NCBI GenBank assembly: GCA_964016885.1
Contig: OZ024743.1
Span: 191,890,001-191,954,000 of the forward strand
Reading direction: 5' to 3'
From: Eledone cirrhosa
Lineage: Eukaryota
Length of the DNA: 64,000 nt
The position numbers and the translations under genes were made by a program. Shown here piece after piece: positions 41,776-51,688 of the stretch. Within the stretch, counting starts at the first letter, position 1. The number at the start of each line of letters is the position of its first letter. The notes under the pieces are model-generated. The model saw only the letters and a list, made by a program, of their open reading frames with translations, was not told the origin of the DNA and ran no database searches.

Positions 41776-44700
41776 CTACCTCTTCTAACATACGCCTAAC
41801 TCCATTAGTCCTTCCAACAGCATTTTTAGTCCTTCCAATAGCATTTTTTTTTCTATCCTCTTTCCATTCCCCATGTATTTTCCAAAACAAATCTCTTGTA
41901 TTTCTGTCATGCTTGTAAAAATACGGAAGTTTTTGACGTATTTTACTAAACAAATCTTGTATTTTTGTTCGTTAATACGGGGTTCTCACTTAAACCTATC
42001 CTTCTCGCTAACAACTCAACGCCCCTCCCTCCCTCCCCCACACACCACCATTATTATTACGTGGACCAATCATAAGCCAGAGGCCTATACTATCGCTTAC
42101 CTGGTCGCCTTCGATATGTAGGATGGAAGGACTACGGAGTTCCGGAGAGTTGAAGAGAGAAAAATCTGGACGCTCAGCGACAATGCCAAAGTTAAAGACA
42201 ATCACACCTCGTGGACGAGAATGCGAGCATGCCTCTTTGTTTCGGCCGCGGTTGGCTAACATAACCCCATCTCCCTCCGCTCCCCACCTTTCCAACCCCC
42301 CAAACGCAATCCAAAACTTCAGATTTGGTACCTTGAATGTAGGCACCTTAAAGGGTCGCTCTAACGAGGTTGTAGAAATGCTTGAACGTAAGGAGGTCGA
42401 TGTTTGTTGTATTCAAGAGACCAGGTGGAGGGGTGGATCTGCTAGATACATTGTGGGTAGAAAACGATGCTATAAGCTTTTCTGGGTGGGAAACGACAAT
42501 GGGCTGGGTGGAGTAGGAATCATGGTAGCAGAAAAGTGGGCAGATAAGATAATAGACGTAAATAGAGTGAACGACAGAATAATTAAAATAAGACTTGTCC
42601 TCAATAGAACTACGGTGACAGTAATATCCGCGTACGCACCCCAATCCAGACTGCCCAGCACTATAAAAGACAGATTCTATGAGACACTGATGCTCACTAC
42701 CTCCCAAATAACCGACAGTGACTATATAATTATTGCAGGCGACCTAAACGGTCACGTTGGACAACATTGTGATGGCTACGACGAAATCCATGGAGGCTAT
42801 GGGTTTGGTACTAGAAATGAGGAAGGCTCCAGAATCCTGGAATTCTGCGACGCAAATAACCTAACTATCTGCAACACTAACTTCAAAAAACGAGACAATC
42901 ACTTGATCACCTACAGATCAGGGGAACATACTAGCCAGGTAGATTATATCCTTACCAGAAGACGTGACAAAGTGACTGTCGTAAACACTAAATCCCTCCC
43001 CCATGAAGAATGCACTTCCCAACATAGACTGATAATTAGCGACCTAATAGTCAGGACGAGACGTACTAGACAACAGAAGAGGACTATCCTCAGGAGAAAA
43101 ATATGGAAGCTAAAGGACCCCACAGCCAAAAATAAATTCCAAAGCATATTACTTGATGCTTTCGACAGTGAGGAAGAGCATCTAGAATCGGACAATATAG
43201 AGGGACAGTGGGAATTTCTGAAAGCAAACCTGCTGTTGGCGACAGACGAAGTCTGTGGCTGGAGCAGGCCTGTAGGCAGGAGGAGAGTAACATGGTGGTG
43301 GAACAGTAAGGTGGAGGGGTCAATTGAGGCCAAAAAGCAGGCTTGGAAAGTATGGCGGGATGGGGGAAGCAGAGAAGACTATCAAGTGGCCAGGAGGGAA
43401 GCTAGGAGACAAGTGTACTTCGCAAGAAGGGAAGCAGAGGAAAGAAAGTTCAAGCATGTTCTACAATGTGAGGACCAAAAACGTGAGGTGTTCAGGATTG
43501 CTAGGCAATGTGTCAAGGAAAACAGTGATATTGTCGGGGAGAAGTGTGTACTTAACGATGACGGCGTACTTGCCATCACCGACGCCGATAAGAAGGTAGC
43601 TTGGAAGTGTCACTATGAAAGGCTACTAAATGAGGAGAATAAATGGGAGAAAGACAGTCTCCCCCACATCGACCCAATAGAGGGACCAGCAGTGTTAGTC
43701 GAGGGTAGTATAATAAGTAAGGCAATCAAAGATATCAAGACAGGCAAGGCGGCTGGGCCTTCGGAAATAGTTGCCGAGATGCTGAAGGCATCTGGTACGG
43801 TGGGACACACCATGGTCACCCGGATAGTCAACCAAGTCATACAGAATGGGGTTGTTCCGAAGGACTGGCGTAGCAGCATTATCGTTAACTGTTATAAGGG
43901 TAAAGGAGATGCCCTAGATAGGAGTAACTATAGAGGCATTAAATTAATCGACCAGGTCATGAAGGTCACGGAAAAAGTAATAGCGCAACTAATCAGAGAG
44001 CGAATTGATCTAGATGAAATGCAGTTCGGGTTTGTGTCAGGAAAAAGTACCACAGACGCTCTTTTCATTGTACGACAACTACAGGAGAAGTACCTAGCTA
44101 AAAGTAAACCCCTATACTTAGCTTTCGTCGACTTGGAGAAGGCCTTCGACAGAGTCCCCCGTTCCATTATCTGGTGGGCTCTTAGAAAACTAGGTGTTGA
44201 TGAATGGCTTGTGAGAGCTATACAAGCCATGTATAAAGAAACAGTCAGCAAGGTTAGAATTAACAACGAATATAGTGAAGAGTTTAGTGTAAAAGTTGGT
44301 GTTCATCAGGGCTCTGTTCTTAGCCCCCTACTATTTATTATTGCCCTCCAGGCTATAACAGTGGAGTTCAAGACTGGCTTCCCATGGGAACTCCTATACG
44401 CAGATGATCTAACGCTCATAGCTGAATCAATGGCCGAGCTAGAGAAGAAATTCCAAACATGGAAGCACGGCCTAGAATCAAAAGGCCTTAAAATTAACCT
44501 GGCTAAGACTAAAGTTCTAGTTTGTAGGAAAGAAAATAAGGCGGCGGTCCCCTCCGGGAAGTGGCCATGCGCAGAGTGTAGGAAAGGCGTAGGTAGAAAT
44601 TCCATTTTGTGTCCCAAATGCAAAGTTTGGGTGCATAAAAGATGTAGTGGGATCACAGGTAAGCTAACTAAGAACATAGATTTTACATGTGGCCGGTGTT

Positions 44701-45740
44701 CTGGGGCAATAAGTAGCAGCAAGTGCCCACAAAATACTAGCTCTTTCAACTGCGCAGAGGGTTCTATAGAAATAGTGGACAGCTTCCGTTACCTGGGTGA
44801 CAAAATCAGCAGTGGGGGAGGGTGCTCTGAAAGTACAGTAGCTAGAGTCAGAACTGGGTGGAAAAAGTTCAGAGAGCTTATACCACTATTAGCCGCTAAA
44901 GGGTTCTCCCTAAAAATGAAAGGCAGGCTGTACGATGCCTGCATACGAACAGCAATGTTGCATGGCAGTGAGACCTGGGCATTGTGTGCAGAGGATATAT
45001 GCAGACTAGAGAGAAACGAAGCTTGCATGCTCCGCTGGATGTGTAATAGTAATATACGTGAACGACAAAGCATAAACGAACTAAGGAAAAAATTAGAAAT
45101 AAGAGGGATCAGATGTTGTTTACTAGAGAGAAGGCTACGTTGGTATGGTCACGTGATGCGCATGAAGGACGATAGCTGTATAACAAAGTGCAGGGCAATA
45201 AAGATAGACGGTAGCCACGGAATAGGCAGACCCAGAAAAACCTGGGACGAGCTGATAAACTCCGACCTCACACACTTACACCTCACCAAGACAATGTCAC
45301 TGGACCGAGACCTTTGGCGGTACTCAGTAATAGAGAAGACCCGCCTTACCTAAATACAAAGTAAAACCTACTACAGTCAGTAGGCATCTCTAACAAAATA
45401 CACCCCCGTCCCACCACCCCCACCCCATCCACACCGCCCCCTTCTATGTAAAGTTATGTTGGTGCCACACCATCCAGGCCGAAACAAATGAGGTCGTGTA
45501 GGTGTCACGACAAAAAAACACACAGTCCACGCTGTAATGTGGCCGTGTAGGCAACACGGTAAAAACCTCCCAGACCCACACTGTAAATGTGGTTGGTGTT
45601 AGGAAGGGCATCCAACTGTAGAAAACCTGCCAGACAGTCCTATGCGAGCAAGACAATCACTCTTGCCTCAAGTGGGAAAACCCCCATCCAAACCCATGCA
45701 AGCGTGGAACACGGACGTTAAACGTTGATGATGATGATGA
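41776..45740 (+). mobile_element. Apparently full-length RTE-clade LINE (family B), antisense in the IFT122 intron
   Basis: ~350-nt 5'UTR after a (TA)n tract, one intact ORF, ~380-nt 3'UTR and a (GAT)n tail. Confidence 0.93.
42123..45353 (+). CDS. RTE ORF: APE endonuclease + reverse transcriptase with inserted PHD finger (1076 aa, uninterrupted)
   Basis: APE motifs GTLNVGT, IQETRW, SAYAPQ, GDLNGH, VDYIL. RT motifs NYRGIKL, DLEKAFD, QGSVLSP, YADD, FRYLG. C4HC3 finger at 44568-44699. RTE C-terminal RLRWYGHV. Confidence 0.95.
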   Translation: MEGLRSSGELKREKSGRSATMPKLKTITPRGRECEHASLFRPRLANITPSPSAPHLSNPPNAIQNFRFGTLNVGTLKGRSNEVVEMLERKEVDVCCIQETRWRGGSARYIVGRKRCYKLFWVGNDNGLGGVGIMVAEKWADKIIDVNRVNDRIIKIRLVLNRTTVTVISAYAPQSRLPSTIKDRFYETLMLTTSQITDSDYIIIAGDLNGHVGQHCDGYDEIHGGYGFGTRNEEGSRILEFCDANNLTICNTNFKKRDNHLITYRSGEHTSQVDYILTRRRDKVTVVNTKSLPHEECTSQHRLIISDLIVRTRRTRQQKRTILRRKIWKLKDPTAKNKFQSILLDAFDSEEEHLESDNIEGQWEFLKANLLLATDEVCGWSRPVGRRRVTWWWNSKVEGSIEAKKQAWKVWRDGGSREDYQVARREARRQVYFARREAEERKFKHVLQCEDQKREVFRIARQCVKENSDIVGEKCVLNDDGVLAITDADKKVAWKCHYERLLNEENKWEKDSLPHIDPIEGPAVLVEGSIISKAIKDIKTGKAAGPSEIVAEMLKASGTVGHTMVTRIVNQVIQNGVVPKDWRSSIIVNCYKGKGDALDRSNYRGIKLIDQVMKVTEKVIAQLIRERIDLDEMQFGFVSGKSTTDALFIVRQLQEKYLAKSKPLYLAFVDLEKAFDRVPRSIIWWALRKLGVDEWLVRAIQAMYKETVSKVRINNEYSEEFSVKVGVHQGSVLSPLLFIIALQAITVEFKTGFPWELLYADDLTLIAESMAELEKKFQTWKHGLESKGLKINLAKTKVLVCRKENKAAVPSGKWPCAECRKGVGRNSILCPKCKVWVHKRCSGITGKLTKNIDFTCGRCSGAISSSKCPQNTSSFNCAEGSIEIVDSFRYLGDKISSGGGCSESTVARVRTGWKKFRELIPLLAAKGFSLKMKGRLYDACIRTAMLHGSETWALCAEDICRLERNEACMLRWMCNSNIRERQSINELRKKLEIRGIRCCLLERRLRWYGHVMRMKDDSCITKCRAIKIDGSHGIGRPRKTWDELINSDLTHLHLTKTMSLDRDLWRYSVIEKTRLT

Positions 45741-46053
45741 TAACACAAGGCATAGAGAGCGGGTGGAGCGGAAGAATGAGGTGTATAAGATAAGGAAAGG
45801 GAGATGAATTGGGCATGGCTTCTGGCAAAATGAAAATGACACAGGGAAAGTGAAGAAAAAGAAATAAGAAAAAGGAAAGGGATAAAAGGAAAGGTAAATA
45901 AAAACAAAAGTAACAGGAAGAAACAGAAAAAGACAAGGAAATACTGAAAGGAAAGTCAGGGGAGGGGTATAAAAGGAGTTGGTATCTTGTAGAAATTAAG
46001 GAGATAAAAGCAGTTGGTCATTACCATTGATTTCTGTCAAAAATTATGATTAA

Positions 46054-46262
46054 CCCTTTAGCATGTATCCGGCCAGAATTCTCTCAACTCTTTCCGTTCA
46101 AACTATCTGTAACTTGCCACTCATACTGATGTTGAGCTATTATTCTCAAAATAAATAATATCAAAATCTCATAGGTTCAATATTTTGTGAGATATTATGT
46201 GAAATAAAGCCTTTACTGCGAAAATACAAAAGTATATATAGATTACTGTAAATGCCAAAGGG
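46054..46262. mobile_element. piggyBac-type MITE
   Basis: TTAA|CCCTTTAGCAT ... ATGCCAAAGGG|TTAA. An older TTAA-type family appears at ~12782-13017 and ~56745-57003, related to each other in opposite orientation. Confidence 0.75.
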
Positions 46263-46794
46263 TTAAAATATGACAAATGCAAGTCTGTTAAAACTGATAT
46301 TTACTGACCACAACCAAAATGTTATGGTACATGGCTATCTAGAGAAAGCAATGGTAGCCTATAGTAGTTCACTCTTAGAACATTATAGAAATGTGCAGGT
46401 TAAGAGGCTAAAACCAAAACATTAATTTGCTACTTATAAAAATAATAAAAACATTTTTTTAGAGCATATGACTGATTTTAATAATTTGAAGTGAATCATT
46501 CAACAATGATACCGTAATAATGCTTTTAACGAGTTTTCTTTTTAATTATAAAATATTCTGTGTTATAAAGAAGCAAAAAAATTCTATGCTATTAGCTCAT
46601 GCTACCATAAATGTGAGTACATTTCCTATTTTATGTTTAAGTGGTTATTGTTAGAAATATTAGCAAAGTTATTAAACTATGACACATTTAATGAATCAAT
46701 TCAATCAAATACTATTTTGCAAAAGCATTTGAAAAAAAGAATATACGTGTGTGTGTGTGTCCAGGTCCACACTCACACACATATATATATATGA

Positions 46795-47125
46795 CAAAAG
46801 CGAGTGCCCAGTCCACACTGTAAAGTGGTCGTGTAGGTGTCACAACAAAAAGCACCCAGTCGACACTGTAAAGTGGTTATGTAGGTGACACAACAAAAAG
46901 CACCCAGTTCACACTGTAAAGTGGTCATGTAGGCAACACAGCAGAAAGCACTCATCACACACTGTAAATGTGGTTGGCATTAGGAAAGGCATCCAACTGT
47001 GGAAAATAAGCCAAAATCAGTTCTGTGTGAGTGAATCACAGTCCCCTGACCCGATCCCTTACAAAGGGATGGCCGATCCTACCCATGTTAGCATGGAAGA
47101 TGGACGTTAAATGATGATGATGATA
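46795..47125 (+). mobile_element. RTE/SINE 3'-tail fragment with four ~48-bp units
   Basis: Four cacactgtaaa units, then ggttggcattaggaaaggcatcc and (GAT)n. Similar tail-only pieces at ~3704-3880, 4410-4660, 7300-7630, 18100-18380, 19180-19420, 40740-40880, 47850-48200. Confidence 0.8.
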
Positions 47126-47146
47126 TATATATATATATATATATAT

Positions 47147-47581
47147 AGCGAGGGAAAAGTGGTAAGGAACCAGGTGGACCATAACGCACCAAAGTACTCA
47201 ATACTTAGGGTAGTAGAGTGGGTAATAGGAGTAAGTAAGACCCCGACGGCTGAGCTCAAGCCGTTTTGACGGCTAATTCTGTACTGGTGCGTTATGGTCC
47301 ACCTGGTTCCTTACCACTTTTCCCTTGCTATCTAGCTCCTATCCCCGTAGTAGAGCACTTTCCGACCTTACCACGCCGTATCCAGACGTTTCCGCCAAGC
47401 TCATTTTGTTTCACTCGCACCATGCGAAAACACAATATTGACTTCTCTACCAAGAACATCCCAATCCCACCGAAAAAACTATACCTTCGGATGCTCACGC
47501 AAAAAATCGACCTATTTGCGGATTCAGTACAGAATTAGCCGTCGAAACGGCTTGAGCTCAGCCATCGGGGTCTTACTTACT

Positions 47582-47585
<4 letters not shown>
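47147..47585 (+). mobile_element. Rearranged Penelope-like remnant: inverted pseudo-LTR pieces plus ORF start
   Basis: 47147-47200 is inverted at 47287-47331, and 47226-47286 at 47525-47585. ATG at 47422 gives MRKHNIDFSTKNIPIPPKKLYLRMLTQKIDLF, with a KNIPIP motif I associate with PLE N-termini. Confidence 0.7.
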
Positions 47586-47628
<43 letters not shown>

Positions 47629-47695
47629 AGAAGGTAAACAAAAATAACAAAACATAGAAGAAATATATTAGTTTAACACTTGAAATAGCAGGAAG

Positions 47696-47737
47696 ATAGT
47701 CTTAACGTTTCGGACACTAGTCCTTCATCAGAAGGTA
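47696..47737 (-). ncRNA. Minimal hammerhead ribozyme motif
   Basis: Reverse complement reads CUGAUGA-a-GGAC-uagu-GUCC-GAAA-CGUUA, with a perfect stem II and palindromic AACGUU. Stem I is weak. Confidence 0.55.
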
Positions 47738-48199
47738 GAGTTAAAAATAGAAGATAAATAGAAAGTAAAGAGTGATGAGAGGAAGGAATGGGAAAAATGA
47801 GAAAAAATTGGGGAGAAAAAAAACACACGCTCGTATTCATTCAGACATCATTTTATGTCTATTTCTTCATGTTGGCATGGATTGGATGTGTCATTACAAA
47901 CCAAATCAGCTCCAATTAACCCATGCCAGTATGAAGAAAAGGGGCATATAATGATGATGATGATGATGATGATGATGACATACACATGCACATCATCATC
48001 ATCACCATTTAATGTCCATTTTTCTACGCTAGCGTGGGTTAGATGAGTTGTCCCGTTGTGACTCAAGCCAGGTCAGATGACCATGTCTTCCTCATACAGA
48101 ACTGATTTCGGCTTGGTTTCTATGGCTGGATGCCCTTCCTAATGCCAACCATATTTACAGTGAGGACTGGGTGCTTTTTGTTGTGACATCTACACACGC

Positions 48200-48710
48200 G
48201 TTGTGGGGAGAATAGAATAGAGACAAGAAGGGAAAAAGTAAAAAGGAAAGGAAAAGAAAGAAAAAGAAAAGAAGAGTGAGGGAGGAAAGGAAGAAAGAAA
48301 ATCAGAAAGTGAAAATGAAAAAGGGAATAGTGATAAGGAGAAGAAAGGGGTGAAGGGAAGTGTTGAGAATGCCTAATGGCGGACAGAGTAAAAGAGGGTC
48401 AAGAGAATGAAGGGAAAGTAAGGAGTAAGGGATGACAGATAGGGATAGAAGATAAAAATGAATGGGAGGCAAGAGGAAAAGGAAAAAGAGTGGGAAGTAG
48501 CAGTTAGAGGATGGGAGAGAATGATAAACATAATAAAATAAAATAAAATAAAATGATGAGATGAAAAATTATAAATATAATAAATGTAAATATAAAAATA
48601 AAAAATAAAAAGTGAAAATAGAAAAAAAAATTTTAAATGAAAAGAGTAAAAAATAAAAATAAGAAAAATGAAAAATAAGAATAAGCTTTGAGGCATTGTT
48701 AGGTTCTTAA
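48200..48710 (+). repeat. Purine-rich unclassified repeat, with an inverted copy at ~55090-55642
   Basis: For example gaagtgttgagaatgcctaatggcggacagagtaaaagaggg vs ccctcttttactctgtcccccattagatattctcaacacttc. Confidence 0.8.
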
Positions 48711-48837
48711 TATCTCGAAATCATAAAAGGGAAATTATAATGATAATAATTGTTTCTACTTTTGGCACAAGGCCAGCAATTACCCAGTGCATTACTGGTA
48801 CTTTATTTTATCGACCCCATCATAAGGGCCATAATAT

Positions 48838-50779
48838 GACCTCTTTATTGGCCACAAGGGCTGACATCAAGAAAAACATTACAGACAGCACAGGACGGTA
48901 CGATGTGGGTTTTGTGCATGTAAAGATTTTTATAATTTATATAAGAAAAGAAAAAGACATAGAAACATATATATATATAAACAATAAAAATGAAAATTGA
49001 AACAATGAAAAATTCCCCAATAGGGGGAAACCTCCGAGGGTTACTCGTGGCGAAAACCACACAAAAGACCACGGCCACCCTGACCACCAGGGCAAGCGCC
49101 CTCTTTTTCCATTTCTCAAACTACAGGCGTATATTCAGAGCGGTCCCGTTCACTCGGACCATTCTTCCTACATTCACCCACCTTTCAACAAACTTGCTAG
49201 AAGGCAGCACTTGCAGGGGTATGGGCCTGAAATTATCGATAACATCCCCCTTGTTCGGGTCTTTTCTCAGCAGCGCCACCGCTCCCCGGCTCACAAAACT
49301 GGGAATGCTCCTGTTCTGCTGCCAGTTGCAGTAGACATCTGCCAAGAGATCACCAAACAAGTCTGCATAAAGCTCGTAGGGCAGACCATCCAAACCTGGC
49401 GATTTACCTCTCGTGCAGTTAGCCATCGCTTCCCGTATTTCACCGGCTGTTATTGGCTTTTCGCAACACTGAGCTGTGGTCGTCGAGAGCCGAGGCAGTC
49501 CATCAAGGTATGCACTGAAGTCCATACTCCGATCCGGCCCGCCGCTGCTCCCGAACAGTTCAGCAAAGTGCTGCTGAAAAGACTCACACATCTGCTCGTA
49601 TTCGAGCAACACGTGGCCGTTTTGGTCAGACAAAGACCAAATTGTGGCTTTGTTGCCACGTCGCGCATCTGTCACCCGGGCCCATTGGACTGCTTTTATC
49701 CCCTCGTATTTCAGAGCACGCGCTGTAGCTCTGACACCGCAGCCTTCGTGTTTTGCGTTGAAGAATTGGTCGAGTGCCAATCTCTCCGCAAGCACGTCGG
49801 TTGCAATGCCTGTCCTAAACGCCTCTTCTAGCTTTCTGACTAGCTCTCCCTCTACTCTATTTTCCTCTATCACTAGTCTTTTGCTAAACCTAATCGACTC
49901 TACTTTAATTGCCCTTCTCAGGGCGAACCACCACCTGTTGTTGACGACCGCTCCCGTCAAAGCCCGCTTAACTAATATGCTAATCCGGTCTCTGTAGGCT
50001 TTGCGCGCCGGGAAAGATGCGTTCAGCTTCCAGTAACCGGGTCCTTGTCTATGAAGTCTGTCTATGTCGATCTCACAGATCACAAATTTGTGGTCTGTGT
50101 AGTCAACTATTTTAAATTGTGGACAACTTATACTAGCCTTATCTAGTTCTCTGCAGAATACCCTATCGAGATACGATCTGGAAGACCCAATGCGGTTTGT
50201 CCATGTCCTCATTGGCACATTCGGGTGATCCAGTCGATACCTGTCAGACAGTTCAAAACGTCTGAGCAGCATGCATCCAAGCATGCATCCAAGATACTGT
50301 TCCAGTCACCCACTAACACTAAAGAACAGGACGTTCTAAGAAAGGTCTCTAGATGTCTGAAGAAATCTGGCCGTCCAGCCCCAGTTGGGGCATAGACGGC
50401 TACTAGCCTGAAAGCATTGCTGCCGGTCACGTCCAGCACCACCGACTTACCTTATGGGTCCAGGAAGATGGCCAGTATGGCGAGATCCAAGCCTCTCCGA
50501 AAAAGGACGGCAACCCCCCCGGATCCTGGATGGCTGGAAGATGCGTATACATCGTAGCCGCTGAAGATCGGTGTGAAGGCTCGTGCTTTGGAGATTCTGT
50601 TCTCGCTGATGGCCACCACATCTATGTTTAGTGACCTGAGGTCGTTGAGCAGGTGACCCTGCTTCGAAGATGACCCCAGGCCACGTGCATTTATACTGCC
50701 TATTCTAAGTACAGCCATGTTGGATGAGAAACGGAGCAAGAGAGAAAGGGTCACTTATCTTGATCATGTGGTGAAGGTA
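48838..50779 (-). mobile_element. Tx1/L1-group LINE, 5'-truncated and internally deleted, with 17-bp TSD
   Basis: ORF2 pieces SINARGL, VYAP, GDWN, YLDRV, TDH, GYWKLN, KSPGLDG, NFRPI, then a jump to the C-terminus. cataagggccataatat at 48821-48837 and 50780-50796. Confidence 0.88.
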
Positions 50780-51688
50780 CATAAGGGCCATAATATCTTA
50801 AGAGCTAGTTGTGGTTTGTGTGGAATGTCATGGCAGAGAATGTATGTCTTTTTGAGTGCCTTCAGAGTTAAATGTGTTGGATTTCAATCTAATGATCCCT
50901 GCTGATTCTGCCAGACACAGATGGCAGTGATTTTTTTCCAAAAGAATATGGAGCCATGCATCTACGTATGGACCACTTGATCTGGTACATCATGTTGTTA
51001 TACTTTACTATCATATAACATTATTATGATCATGGTATTCTACTTATACTAATATGATCACTGTATTTCTCTTAAGATATTATGGCCCTTATGATATTAT
51101 TATTACTTTAATTCCCCTTATACTTATATTTTTTAACTGTTTATCAATCACCGATAAACATTGATGGCCAGCTGAATTATTTATAGAAATATACTGAAGT
51201 GAAAACCAAACTAAACTCAGTCTTTTACTATACTTTTCTGGCAATATTATACCAACATGACCATCCTCAAATATAACAGTATATAGAGTTACGCCCCTTT
51301 ACATTCTGAGTTCAAATACCGCCAAGGTTAGCTTTGCCTTTCATCCTTACAGGGTCAATAAAATTAAGAACCAGTAATGCATTGGGGTTGATTTTATCGA
51401 CTTTCTCTGTCCCACAAAATTGCTGGGCTTATTATATTTTCCTTATAGTATTATGATCATGGTATTTTCATAAAGTATACTTATAATTACAATTTCCTAA
51501 AATAACTTTTACACCTTATGCATACCTTATCAATCCCCCATGTCAAACTTGAAGTCATTGCGCGTGCCTGTATAGGAGACTGTGTGTGAGTGTGTATATA
51601 TATGTGTCTGTATGTGCACGTGTGTGTATGTATGGGTCAGTGTATATGTAGGAAACTGTCTGCACACATACACATATTTATATATATA

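Noticed and set aside
42080-42125. Ribozyme in the 5'UTR of the intact RTE
   Set aside because: I can see only a simple hairpin (CCUAUA/UGUAGG with inner UAUCG/CGAUA), with no HDV or hammerhead core.
46795-46970. CRISPR-like look of the ~48-bp periodic units
   Set aside because: No unique spacers, eukaryotic context, and the units belong to the retroelement 3' tail.
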